NCBI RefSeq assembly: GCF_001194135.2
Contig: NC_068989.1
Location: 47,854,646-47,918,645 of the forward strand
Source of the DNA: Octopus bimaculoides
Taxonomy: Eukaryota
Reading direction: 5' to 3'
Length of the DNA stretch: 64,000 nt
Shown here: positions 36,721 to 49,062 of the stretch, one piece after another
Layout: every line of letters begins with the position of its first letter
Numbering within the stretch: position 1 is the first letter of the stretch
Program-made: the position numbers and the translations under genes
The notes under the pieces: model-generated
Database searches by the model: none
The model's input: only the letters and a program-made list of their open reading frames with translations
Told to the model about the DNA's origin: nothing

Positions 36721-37829
36721 AACTATCTACGATGGTTCTAACTAATATTCTGGGGTCCCCTTAATCGATTATTTCTTAGATTTTTGTACAAAATTATATG
36801 TTATGATGGTATTACGAACTTATATATANNNNNNNNNNNNNNNNNNNNNNNNNNNNNNNNNNNNNNNNNNNNNNNNNNNNTATATATATGCGTTTTGCGT
36901 TTAGTTGTTGATGTTCGATCCCCGTTAGCATCTTCCAGCTTATTTCGAACTTTGACAATTCAGGATTGGGTAACTTTCAGGAAGCGAACTATTTCTGCAT
37001 CACTCTGGTGAGATTTTAAGGCGACGATTGCAGCAAGCAATTACATTTGGTGTAATGTATGACGTTATTTGGCTGAAAAGTAAAGTTAAAAATTAAGAAC
37101 GTGAGAGCTCTTGAAAGAGATGTCCTCAAAAAAAGACGTACCCTATACATACACACACGCACACGCACAAACACACACACATAGGTACATATAGAGATCT
37201 GCATATATATACATATATATCATGATGATGATGACACCACATTATAAAATATTCTCGAGATGTAAAGAACTTGCTGTAATTTCGTCGTTTAGCTTATAAA
37301 TTTCATTTCATCATTTTACGAGGTAATGATGTAATCTGTGTTTATTTCATGTAATAATCGTGATGTTCGAGCTGTCAGCGTAGCAAGTAACAAAATTTAG
37401 GTTATATATAGGGGATGAATAACTAAAACAAAAAACCTAGAATAAGGACCTTGAATATATAAAACGCTTTGATGTAGTCTCAAAAATTTAGTATCGGACT
37501 ATTGGCTTGTTTTTTTTTTATATATGATGTCAAAAGCAACGTATGTTTATATTCACACACACTAAAGAAACCCCTTTTTTGTATTTTTTTTGTGTTTGTA
37601 TGATTGTCTTTCGTGTCTATTCACTTTTCTGTCGTTATGTGATTCAAAACATTTTGACAGATATTTTGATTTGTGACGACATAAAGACATGAGTTCTGAA
37701 CTTTTTTTTTTTTTCAATGTGAAATGTTTCTGAAGCAGCAAGCTTTCTTGATAGAACATACTTTACTAAACATTCTCTTTTTCAAACCTTCAGCTGTTTG
37801 CATTATCCTTTTTGTATATTGTCTCCACT

Positions 37830-37941
37830 ACGTAGCACGGTAGGCAAGTGCCTTCTACTATAGCCCCGGGCCGACCAAAGCCTTGTGAGGGGATTCGGTA
37901 GACGGAAACTGAAAGAAACCCGTCGTAAATATGCGTGTGTG

Positions 37942-37988
<47 letters not shown>

Positions 37989-38222
37989 CCATGTATCCAT
38001 GTGCGTATATCTTTGTGTCTGTGTTTGTCCCCCGCTAACGCTTGATAACCGTTGTTGGTGTGTTAATGTCCCGTAACTTAGCGGTTTGGCAAAAGGAATC
38101 GATAGAGTACTAGGCTTTAAAAAAATAGGGTACTAGTGTCGATTCATTCGACTCAAAGTCCAGAGTGGTGCTGCAACATGGCAGCAGTTTAATGGCTGAA
38201 ACTAGTAAAAGATAAAAGATAT
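37830..38222 (+). mobile_element. SINE family B, 5'-truncated
   Basis: ggcaagtgccttctactatagccccgggccgaccaaagccttgtgag...ccgtaacttagcgg...gaaactagtaaaagataaaag. Confidence 0.88.
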
Positions 38223-38244
38223 TTGCAGGAAAATAGACCCCAAA

Positions 38245-38985
38245 TCTAACTGGAAAAAAGTCAGAAGTTGAGCTCCCAATCCGAACTAGAATGACTGTTC
38301 CGGTGTACAAGGCCATCATCAGCCCAGTCAGTTGAGGTTGTATACCTCGCATCTCCAGAATTTCCCAAAGCACATCCCTGTCAAACACCTTGTTGAGATC
38401 GAATAGGCTACAAGGAGCCCCTGCCAAAAGTTCCCTTTGTATTCCATGAGTACCCGAAGAGCTAGGATTTTGTCAGTAGTTGACCTCTTTGGCCCGAACT
38501 CTGACTGCTCCGGTCGATGAGAAATAGACAAATGATTTTGCAATCTATTGGGGATGACCCAAGCAAAATTCTTGCCGAGTACTGAGAAGAGCGTAACAGC
38601 CCTATAACTGTTGCAGTCGTGGCGATCACCTTTACCTTTCCAGAGTAGGATAACTATGCCTCTCTTCCAGTCAGGTGATATGATACCGCAGCTCCGAATG
38701 ATCTGCCGCAAGAACAAGACAAGACTGCAGTAGGCCCACCTCTGTTGATCATTGCGCCATGGTAGCCACGAACACCGGCTACCTTCCTCCCTTTCAGCTG
38801 ATTTACCACTGTACAAACCTCGTCTTCGGTTAGCAGATCACAGCTGATTGGCGCGCCTATTACCAGAGCTCAAGATATCGTAGTATTCAGATCAGTTCTA
38901 GGTAGTTCCACCTTATACATCTCCCCAAAGTACAATGCCCAGTAAGCATTGGGCTCGCCCGTCAGAAGTGTGCCATCAATCGTCT
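38245..38985 (-). mobile_element. RTE-clade LINE RT fragment
   Basis: PDWKRGIVILLWKGKGDRHDCNSYRAVTLFSVLGK, RPEQSEF...RSTTDKILALRVL, DLNKVFD..LWEILEMRGI. Confidence 0.9.
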
Positions 38986-39309
38986 GATCGTTTATTTTAA
39001 TAAAGTATTATCAATTCCGCGACATATAAAACTAGAAAACATAAAAATCATTTAAATCATTTTAAGCGGGAAATCTCGAAGTTGCCTCAACTATATATAG
39101 CATGTAATATTTGGGGTTAAAAAGCCCTTGGATGGAAAGACGGTGGCAACATACTTCCAGGACACGAACCTGTAATTTCTGTAGTCATAAAAGGCATGCT
39201 AACTATTATAGACGATAAGGGCTCGTGTCCTGCATGCAGCCTTTGTGTTTTTATCCATCTCATGGAATTGTTAACTTATCATTTAACATGCCATTATTCA
39301 TTGCTGTAT

Positions 39310-40180
39310 TCCCCGAGTCGACTCTGCCTTTCATCCTTTCGGGATCAATAAATTAAGCACCAGCGAAGCACTGGGGTCGATGTAATGGGCTTGCGCCTTC
39401 CTTGAAATACTAGTCTCTGTGTCTATAATAGAAAGGATAATTCATTGCTGCATTAAGGCGGCGAACTGGTAGAATTGTTAGCACGCTGGATGAAATGCTT
39501 AGCGGTGTCTCGCCCGTCGCTATGTTCTTAGTTCAAATTCCACCGATGTCGACTTCGCCTTTCATTCTTTGAGTCGATAAATTAAGTATTAGTGAAGCAC
39601 TGGACGAAATGCTTAGAGGTATTTCGTCCGTCTTTACGTTGTGAGTTCAAATGCTACTGAGGCCGACTTTGCCATTTATCATTTCCGGGTCGATATTACA
39701 AGCACCAGTTGAGCAATGGGGTTGATGTAATCGATTTATTTCCTCCCGCCAAATTTCATGTCTTGTGCCTGTATTAGAAAGAATGATTTATTATTGTATT
39801 ATGTGGCGAGATGGCGGTATCATTACCGCGATAGACAAAATACTTTACAGCTATTTCCTCCGGTTCTTCATGTCTTGAGTTCAAATGTTACCGAGGTCGA
39901 CTGCGAAGTTATTAAGATAAGTACCAGTTTAACACTAGGCTCAATGTAATCGACTTGCCTCAAAAGTTTTAGGTTTTTTGCCTATATTGGTTTCAAATTT
40001 TGGCACAATGCCAGAAATTTCATAGTTGGGGGCTAGTCGATAACATCGAACCTAGTGTTCGACTGGTGCTCATTTTATCGACCTCAAAAAGATAAAAGAC
40101 AAAGTCGACCATGGCGGAATTTGAACACAGAACGCGAAGATAAGCAAAACGCCGCTAAGCATTTTCTTCCCCCGCCACCT
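39310..40180. mobile_element. Tandem cluster of SINE family A copies (four +, one -)
   Basis: Core or head motifs near 39320, 39460-39570, 39645-39720 and 39880-39950 on +, and 40050-40165 on -. Confidence 0.85.
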
Positions 40181-41589
40181 TACGAGCTTTTGCCTATATT
40201 TAAAAAGGGTTATTTATTGTTGTTTTCGCTTCGAGATTGGTCCGTATTTTTTAATTTTTTTATTTTACATATTCTCAAAGTATCCACATTTTTACAATAT
40301 AGTTATTTCTTTCAATTCAAGCGTATACTTCGGTAAACGTTGCTTTTATTTATTAGATATACAAAATTCGAAGAAAAAATATATTCTATAATAATATCTA
40401 ATGGAAAAAATGTTTAATATATCTTCAGTTTTTTCAGAAACGGAATAACGGCGACTGTGACCCTTGTTTTGTAACTGTTCCATCTTGAAAAAAACGTTCA
40501 AAATTGATGCCCGTTTGTCGTCACATATCAAAATATATGTTAGATTATTTTGATTTATCTGAAAACCAAGACCTGGCATAATACAGCCATGTTATAGAAA
40601 TATCAAGGGTTTTTATTTTTTCCACTTAAGATGATTAAAATTTCGGTGTTTTAGTCATTATATATTAAACGAGTGACCGGCTGATACACAAATATTTCAA
40701 CATCGCCAAAACGTTTTGTATGCTTAATATCTTTCTGCAACGGCTTTCGTAATTCAATGTATCGCCTATAGAAACAGAAAATAGGTCAGAGTTGGTAAAA
40801 TGTGAAACACTGAGAGTTGCAATTTTCATCACTGCAGCTTAAAATCATTTATATCTGTAGACGTACAAATATCGCTTACACTCTCTCTACATAGACACAT
40901 ACACACACACATGCGTGTGTGTGTGTGTAGATATATGCATATATATATAATTCAAGATTTTTTTCACATATTGTCTAGGATATTACATCAAGAAAGCGAA
41001 TTGAACTTACAATGTGAATACTATATACATACATACATATACACACACGCTAATATATGACCTACGTTGGACCCCTTATTCTCATAATCACCGAACCTGG
41101 AGCTTAACTATGGTCTATCCACACCACTTACTCAGCATTACCTGAAACCTCTGGGTCTAATTGACACCACTTTCGCTCATAACCTATATATATATATATN
41201 NNNNNNNNNNNNNNNNNNNNNNNNNNNNNNNNNNNNNNNNNNNNNNNNNNNNNNNNNNNNNNNNNNNNNNNNNNNNNNNNNNNNNNNNNNNNNNNNNNNN
41301 NNNNNNNNNNNNNNNNNNNNNNNNNNNNNNNNNNNNNNNNNNNNNNNNNNNNNNNNNNNNNNNNNNNNNNNNNNNNNNNNNNNNNNNNNNNNNNNNNNNN
41401 NNNNNNNNNNNNNNNNNNNNNNNNNNNNNNNNNNNNNNNNNNNNNNNNNNNNNNNNNNNNNNNNNNNNNNNNNNNNNNNNNNNNNNNNNNNNNNNNNNNN
41501 NNNNNNNNNNNNNNNNNNNNNNNNNNNNNNNNNNNNNNNNNNNNNNNTATATATATATAGTATAGTATAGTATAGTATAGTATAGTACG

Positions 41590-41878
41590 CACAGGTTATG
41601 AGATAGATTCTTGGACCGGGCTGTCTGTTCTTTTGTTAAGCAAGATACTTCATTATTTCACGCTGTTTCATTTCACTAAGCTGTAGAAATAAATTGTGAC
41701 GTCAATCGTCGCGAGTTGTATCGGCCTTTGCCTTTCCCTTGGACAACGTAGGTGGCATGGGGAGAGGGAACTGGTAGGCATGGGCGACTGCTGGTTATCC
41801 ACAGTCCGGACTTGTACCTCGGAGGAGAACATTCTTGGTGCGAACCCATAGCCATTCGTGACTGAACGAGCCCTTTAC
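41590..41878 (+). mobile_element. SINE family C, 5'-truncated and diverged
   Basis: agctgtagaaat...gtatcggcctttgcctttcccttgga...gcatgggcgactgctgg...ctcggagg matches 31122-31443. Confidence 0.8.
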
Positions 41879-41969
41879 GTTTTACACACACACACACACA
41901 CACACACGGACACATATATGCATGAGTGCGTTGCGTGCACACACGTGCCAACCCACATGCATGTAGAAG

Positions 41970-42560
41970 GGGAGGGAGACCGAAATAATGACGAAGACGA
42001 AATTCATAGACGGGAGAAAAGGTACAGGTTGAAAAAATGATAAAATACAGGGAGACAAATATAAAGAAATCAAGGAGAAGAGTGAGAAAGCGTGAGGGAA
42101 TGAGACAGAGGATAAACTAATACCTATGTTGATAAAGAGAGAAAATCTAGGAAAGGAATTTAGAAACGGATTGGAGTAATGTCAGGACAGACGTCGAATT
42201 AATGAAAGCAAAGAAAGGAAAAAAAAATTATATGGAGGAAACATATAAATTCTGAAGAGTTGTGGAAGCGGGAAAAGAGTAAGAGGATAGGTAAGGGGAG
42301 AAGTAATAGTAGGAGATGGGAGAGGAAGGATGAATGATGAAGAGGGAATTGGTGATTCGTGAAAGCGATCGGAAGGAAATACAGAGAAAAGAATAGAAGT
42401 GTGAAAAAGAAAAGAAACTGTAGAAGATACAAGTAGGCTGTGAAGGTTAAAGAGAGAATGGGTGTTAGTAAGGAAAGAGTTGTGTAGTTGGTAGCAGAAG
42501 GTTAGTATTTGGTCACGTAGATGTTAAGATTGGGTTAATTTATTAATGGTAGTTTCTTGG
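41970..42560 (-). mobile_element. Possible highly decayed PLE fragment (purine-rich on +)
   Basis: Composition like the 33100-33680 spacer; weak NLHSLLVSS motif (cf. NLxDxLVxS). Confidence 0.3.
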
Positions 42561-42638
42561 TTCGAAAAAGACGGATCTCCAATTCCTTGCTGAATTACTT
42601 GCAGACATGATTTTTTTTCCATAGTGAGCAAATGTTTG

Positions 42639-43253
42639 GGATCCTTCTGATTTGGCGGGCGCCACTTGTTTTCTTAACGAAACATTTTCAAACTTGGGAC
42701 ACTGGTAGAATGTGTCATATAAAACATCTTTTACTCTTAGTGTTATTGAGAAAACACTTTTTAAAGTAATTTCGTGTTAAAATTGTCGTATTTCGGTAAT
42801 TTCAACCAATCACTGACGTCTATTGAGGTGAAAATACTCATAACCCTAATCCTAACCCTAACCCTAACTCTAAAACCCGAACCCTAACTCTAAAACCCCT
42901 AAAGCTAAAACCAGTACAAACGCGCGAACGATGTCATAAATAACAGTACCGCCGATAGTTGTTGTTGACAAACAGCAGCACTAATTTTATTCAAGGGAAA
43001 AGATCCCATTACACCGCACAACTTATTTTTGACAATCCATAGCAGTAATTGTTTTCACCTCAATAGACGTCAGTGATTGATTGAAATTACCGAAATACGA
43101 CAATTTTTTACATGAAATAACTTCGAATACAAAATTTTTTATCTGTTCTCTAGCACAAAATATACAAGTATACGAAGTTTGAAAGTGTTTCGGTGGAAAA
43201 CACACTATATAAAACATAAATAAAAAGTTGCGCCCGCCAAATCAGAAAGATCC
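42639..43253. mobile_element. 615-bp MITE with long imperfect TIRs, 8-bp TSD and a (CCCTAA)-like core
   Basis: Terminal ggatccttctgatttggcgggcgc / gcgcccgccaaatcagaaagatcc. Inner inverted blocks of about 55 bp (aaattgtcgtatttcgg...gaggtgaaaa). TSD aatgtttg at 42631-42638 and 43254-43261. Confidence 0.9.
42841..42905. repeat. Degenerate telomere-type (CCCTAA)n tract inside the MITE
   Basis: taaccctaatcctaaccctaaccctaactctaaaacccgaaccctaactctaaaacccctaaa. Confidence 0.85.
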
Positions 43254-45445
43254 AATGTTTGTGCTGCATATTAGAGCACTCTCGCCAGCAGATCGGCATT
43301 GCGTGTACAGATGCATGGTGTGTCACACGCCAAAGGTAAAAGTTATTGGAAACGCACCACCCGGTCCGTGAATGAACCCACGAATTCACGATCGTGAGTA
43401 CAACGTCCTAACTACTAGCTAATCACTTGGGTAGAAAATAATAAACGTCCAAAACAATATTTTCTTTATAAACTGTGAGGAAGTTATATAATTAATTGGT
43501 TATGAAAATTGAAATCGCTTAAAACGATTAAACCGTTAAAATTAAAATCAATATAATTTAGAGTCGTTTAGCATGTTCAATATAAAATACAATGTACAAA
43601 CTTTTCAAATGAGAGAAAGAGCCGATATGCGAGTGGGCATGACAAGAGTAAAAAGGAGAATAGAAAGAGAGAGAAAGAGAGAGGAGGACAGAAATTGGAG
43701 GTAGTTGTGTAAGCAGCGTAGGTTGAAAGGGACAGATGAGAAGGATGGCGTGTAAGGACACTGCGCAAACACGTACGCTAAACGCATATCTGTAAAAATT
43801 GAAGCCCACAGAGAATATTTTAGGAGAAATACAACAGTTATAAAAATAAGGCTAGTTAAGGCGGTATAATAATTAGAATGAATTAATAATTGATAATTAT
43901 TAAGAATAATTAACCTGAGGTTATTCAACTTAAAATAGAATATATTAGAAACGTTTATAAAAATCGTTAAAAGTCTTTTATATGTAGTTAATGTGTTTAA
44001 AATAATGAAATGCAATAGAGGAAAAGAAAACAGCTGTTTAGGGAAATGATAGCTATAAAACTTAGGAAATTAGGCAATAATGAGGCCAGTAGAGATATAA
44101 TTATTGTTGGTGAGAAAAAAAATCCTTTGTACAAGGAAAATCGTAATAGAGATAGGTTATAGAGCAGATAGCTGGTCATTAAGCTATAGATTATATGGAA
44201 TGTGAGGAAAATTGAAGTTGAGATGGCTCGGGAGCTCCAATCGAAGTAATTTAATCCCAAATATGTGTGTTTGTGTGTGTGTATGTCTGTTTTTACGATT
44301 ATCTCATAACATTATTAGAATGAGCAGAGACAAAAATAAGTTGTAGTCAATATTTTTCAGCTAATCCCTTGAATGCGTGCCTCGGCATATCTGCAGCTGA
44401 ATGACTGAATACAATAGAAGTATAACAGAAGGGATCTTCATATCTTGTATTCTAGAATATTTTTATCAATATTTCACTTACATACAACAATGACAGTGAA
44501 GATTGAGAAATATTTCATCAATGCCAGTGATGAACATAGAAACAGCGGTTAATATTTCAGACTTTTAAAAGTCCATACACACCGAGTTGGAATGTCTTAT
44601 TAGGTTTGGCTTAGCTGGAAACACCAACGCAAATTGGGTTCATAAGACAAAATCCAATTTTTATGCGTATGGGACACTCCAAACCATGAACCATCTTTTC
44701 GTATCTGTAGTCATGTTTTGCAAAGCATAGAAATTACATTTCGTCAAAGAAACTACTTTTATTTTTCATCTTTCCTAACATTCCTCTTTATATGAAATCA
44801 AACAACACCTACCAGCAGTTAAATATTAATTTCAATCTGTTTATGATAATGTGTTGTATATGAGTATGTCTAATTGAGAATGTTCTCGGTAGATTTCATA
44901 TTAGGGTCTACCTCATTAGACACACATATTCTGCATTCAAGTAGCAAAAAGCAAATATACTGCGCGTTCCAGGACCTATATACCTACCAGAAAGTTGTTA
45001 GTTTTTGTAATATTATTCTATATATTCATTTGGACCATAAATTGCCGGCTTTTAAAAACTTTATTTATTTATTTATTTATGTTTTACTGTTGGAATACAG
45101 TCTTGAAACATGCCAAAATATGTAAGATTTTTGGCAATATTCCGTTTCTCTTCCAGACCATAAGGTATTCAAATATCTATATGTTCTGGTTTCTTACATG
45201 GAATGTAGATACTTGTATTTTCAAAGGATTAGCAGCTACATAAAATGTCTTTATAGTAGTAACTTAAACTGTTTAAAGTGAGAACTCGGAGTTGTTTGTA
45301 GCTAAGATTTCTCTTTTGGCACATTGTACATAAATCATCGGTATTGATAAAAACTGTAGCATTATCATTTATATACATATTGAAAAACAATGCCGTTTAA
45401 TATTAATTATTAATCGTAAAGATAATGTAAAATAAAGTAATATCG

Positions 45446-45998
45446 TAGCAAGAAGCTTGCTTCCCAATCACATGGTTACGGGTTCAGTCCCACTGCGTGG
45501 CACATTGGGCAAGTGTCTTCTACTATAGTCTCGGGCCGACCACAGCCTTGTCAGTGGATTTGGTAGACAGAAGCTGAAAGAAGCTGCTTTATATATATAT
45601 ATATATATATATNNNNNNNNNNNNNNNNNNNNNNNNNNNNNNNNNNNNNNNNNNNNNNNNNNNNNNNNNNNNNNNNNNNNNNNNNNNNNNNNNNNNNNNN
45701 NNNNNNNNNNNNNNNNNNNNNNNNNNNNNNNNNNNNNNNNNNNNNNNNNNNNNNNNNNNNNNNNNNNNNNNNNNNNNNNNNNGTCATTGTGTCTGTATTC
45801 CCTCCTCCACCATCGCTTGACTACAGATGTCGGTCTGTTTACGTCCCCGTAACCTAGCGGTTCGGCAAAAAAACCGATAGAATAAGTCCCTTGGTCGATT
45901 TCTGCGACTAAACAAAAAAACATTAAGGTCGTGCTCCAGCATAGCCGCAGTCAAATGACTGCTGAAATAAGTAAAAGAATAAAAGAATAAAAGAATAT
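45446..45998 (+). mobile_element. SINE family B, full length, internal (TA)n broken by a gap
   Basis: Head at 45446-45590; body and tail at 45783-45998 ending (taaaagaa)x3. Confidence 0.9.
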
Positions 45999-46894
45999 AT
46001 AATGTTATACTGAATATTATATCAAGTTATATTATTCATTATATATAGGATTGCCGGACTAAACACATTTCTCCATTTTGTAATGTATTCCTACTTTCTG
46101 TTTTCCACTGAATTTCTGATGTTGTCTCCATTCTGCCTCAGCGTTGATATATTTATATGCCAGTCATAAACTAGGGTAAATTTTATCACCTATTCTGTTT
46201 GTCTAATTGTATGATATTATCTGACTTTTATCTAATTGTATGATGTTATCTGACGTTGGAAGAAATTTTTGTTATGAAGGTACTAGAAAGAAATGTTCTA
46301 GAGTTAGTCTAAGTTCAACTTTTCTTTTAATTCACGTACCGGGTAGACCAAAGCTTTATGAGTAAACTTTTATAGATGGATATTGTGCAGAAGACTGTTG
46401 ATGTTACTCTTTGTGTTGATATGTGGAAGACTCAATCCAGTTCAACATTATCATCCGTCCCTTGGTTAACTTTAACGTTTACTATGCTGTATGTATTTGA
46501 AACAGATCGTTGGTCTAATGCTAACTTCTCTTCGGGCTATAAGTTTCGAAAGCCCGACTAAAAGATCATAATCTAAGCAACAGCAACTACAACAGCAGCG
46601 GCAATAATAGCAACGCAATACCACCGACAACTGCGACTGCCAACAAGAACTTGTACAGAGACAGGAGCGTAGAGAAAATGTAACATGTCAGCACCTGCAT
46701 ATGCCTTCTTTACAATCAACCTCTCCCTATCGGAAAATGCAGTGTAATATTCAACTAAGTTGTGGGTATGGCATATCTGCATCAATTTAACTCCATTGTT
46801 GATGTGAATATATACGTGTCATAGCCACGATCAGGCAAACAAACTTGCATTTACTTTATTAATCACAAAATGATAATCCTTATTATGAACTACT

Positions 46895-47365
46895 TTAAGG
46901 CGGTGAGCTGGCACAATCGTTAGGATACTGGGCATAATGCTTATTAGTGGCCTTTTGTCCGTCTTTACATTCGGAGTTCAAATTCCGCAGAGGTCAACTT
47001 TACCTTTTATTCTTTCGGGGTCCATAAAATAAGTACCAGTTGAGCAATGAGGTCGATGTAATCGACATACAGTCTTCTTGTAAACCTGCTAGCTTTGTAC
47101 CAAAATTTGAAACCATTATTATCAAATATCTTAAACTAGCGATTGTCAATGACACCTTGATCGTGGAGAGGTAGCGAATTGGCCTAGTCGTTACACCATC
47201 AGATACAGGGTCTTGCGCTCTGAATTCAAATCATACCGAGATCAAGTCTGCCTTTCATAATTTCGGGAGGTGATTAACAAAAAAGACTGTTCCAGTTTGA
47301 GTGATGGAATTGCACAAACATCGGACAGATATCTTGTCATTCTTTAAGTTCTGAGTTCAAATCCT
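46895..47365 (+). mobile_element. SINE family A, one full copy plus two fragments
   Basis: aggcggtgagctggcacaatcgttag...gagttcaaattccgcagaggtcaac...aaaatttgaaaccattatt; further gagttcaaat-type heads near 47220 and 47350. Confidence 0.85.
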
Positions 47366-48049
47366 GCCATGAACTACTTGGATGGTAATGCGACACTACC
47401 ATCTGACGTCCTGGGTGCTTTAGTTGAGTCCATTTTGATGCAAGGATTCAGTTTGAGAATACTTTCCTCTTATCACCAGTTCCAAAGGTTTTGTAAAAGA
47501 TCATAGGCACTGCCTTCTCTCGTAACTAAAAGATAAAACTTATCTGTTATATATTTTACTAAATTTTCTTTAATATTCTATCGAACTTTTATCTAAATCA
47601 GTCGGTTTTTCCGTACTGAGAAACCACTATATTTCAGCATTCTAGCTAAATTTATTTCTACTAAATTTATTTCTGACAATATAATTTCAGAGTATTTTAA
47701 ATAGCTAAAAGGCAGATATAGGTGGAGTTTTAATATGTTTAATGGTATAAAAGATCTCGCCATAATTAAATTGAATCTTAAAATTAGTTTGAGCAAAAAG
47801 TTTTCTAAACTATTTCATTTATATGCTAACAAATTGCTGCAATAAATGTATATTAATCTGAAAACCAAATTTGCATTACATATACGTTCGCTAAAATTGA
47901 AAAGCTTCTTTCATATACTGAAATATGTAAGAACACTTATACATACAAGAATATACAATATATAAGCATAGATACATACGAGCAGAAATAGATTTAAACG
48001 CACACTTTTACACATACCCCAGTACATTTACACATGCATACACATTCAT

Positions 48050-48061
48050 ATATATATGTAT

Positions 48062-48130
<69 letters not shown>
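48050..48130. repeat. (TA)n microsatellite
   Basis: Direct reading. Confidence 0.95.
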
Positions 48131-48136
<6 letters not shown>

Positions 48137-48959
48137 CACTGACATAAGCAAATATAATTTATTAGCTTAATTTGAATTAATTAATATTTTCTTTAAATAA
48201 TATTTTGCTAAATTAATTAAGACCAAATTATACACAAAAGGCTAAATGCGCTGTATTACGGAAGATTAACTAGAATTAATTATGGCCAATATCTAATTGG
48301 GTGTAAGAGAATATATTCCATCTATCTAAAGCTTATTACATTCCTCCGTTCAATTTAAGCTTTANNNNNNNNNNNNNNNNNNNNNNNNNNNNNNNNNNNN
48401 NNNNNNNNNNNNNNNNNNNNNNNNNNNNNNNNNNNNNNNNNNNNNNNNNNNNNNNNNNNNNNNNNNNNNNNNNNNNNNNNNNNNNNNNNNNNNNNNNNNN
48501 NNNNNNNNNNNNNNNNNNNNNNNNNNNNNNNNNNNNNNNNNNNNNNNNNNNNNNNNNNNNNNNNNNNNNNNNNNNNNNNNNNNNNNNNNNNNNNNNNNNN
48601 NNNNNNNNNNNNNNNNNNNNNNNNNNNNNNNNNNNNNNNNNNNNNNNNNNNNNNNNNNNNNNNNNNNNNNNNNNNNNNNNNNNNNNNNNNNNNNNNNNNN
48701 NNNNNNNNNNNNNNNNNNNNNNNNNNNNNNNNNNNNNNNNGTGCAGACCACTAAAATACCTGCTCAGCAATATCAGATTCAACAAGCAGCCATAAATGTC
48801 AAGTGGTAATGGAGTTTGACTTGGCAGCATGTAATCATGCATTTGCTAATTGTTAAATGGAGTCTAGAGAATCCCAAGCAAACATGGACACACTCTTTTC
48901 TGTTTTCCCTCCCTTGATCAAGCAGAACATCGTGGATGGGACAGCAGTAGGCCGGTGTT

Positions 48960-49062
48960 CATGTCAATGTTGTGCTGGAGCGCGGAAAATAAAGTGCCTT
49001 GCTCAAAGATACATTGTATCGGCAAGTTACGGACACGAACGCACAACTTTCTGATCATGAAA
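48960..49062 (-). mobile_element. SINE family C head fragment
   Basis: aataaagtgccttgctcaaag is the reverse complement of the family C central motif. Confidence 0.6.

Noticed and set aside
41134-41180. Minus-strand mini-exon GYERKWCQLDPEVS with a good donor
   Set aside because: The putative acceptor lies inside a (TA)n tract next to a gap, and there is no supporting homology.
42841-42905. True telomere or chromosome fusion scar
   Set aside because: Short, degenerate, and enclosed by the TIRs and TSD of a MITE.
46376-46561. Plus ORF ending DRWSNANFSSGYKFRKPD*, a possible terminal exon
   Set aside because: No recognisable homology and only a modest acceptor; cannot be distinguished from chance.
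46573-46785. Minus ORF segment ICHTHNLVEYYTAFSDRERLIVKKAYAG, loosely like kinase subdomains IV-V
   Set aside because: Spacing differs from HPNIV..Y, splice sites are weak, no other kinase exons were found, and the ORF runs into a triplet repeat.
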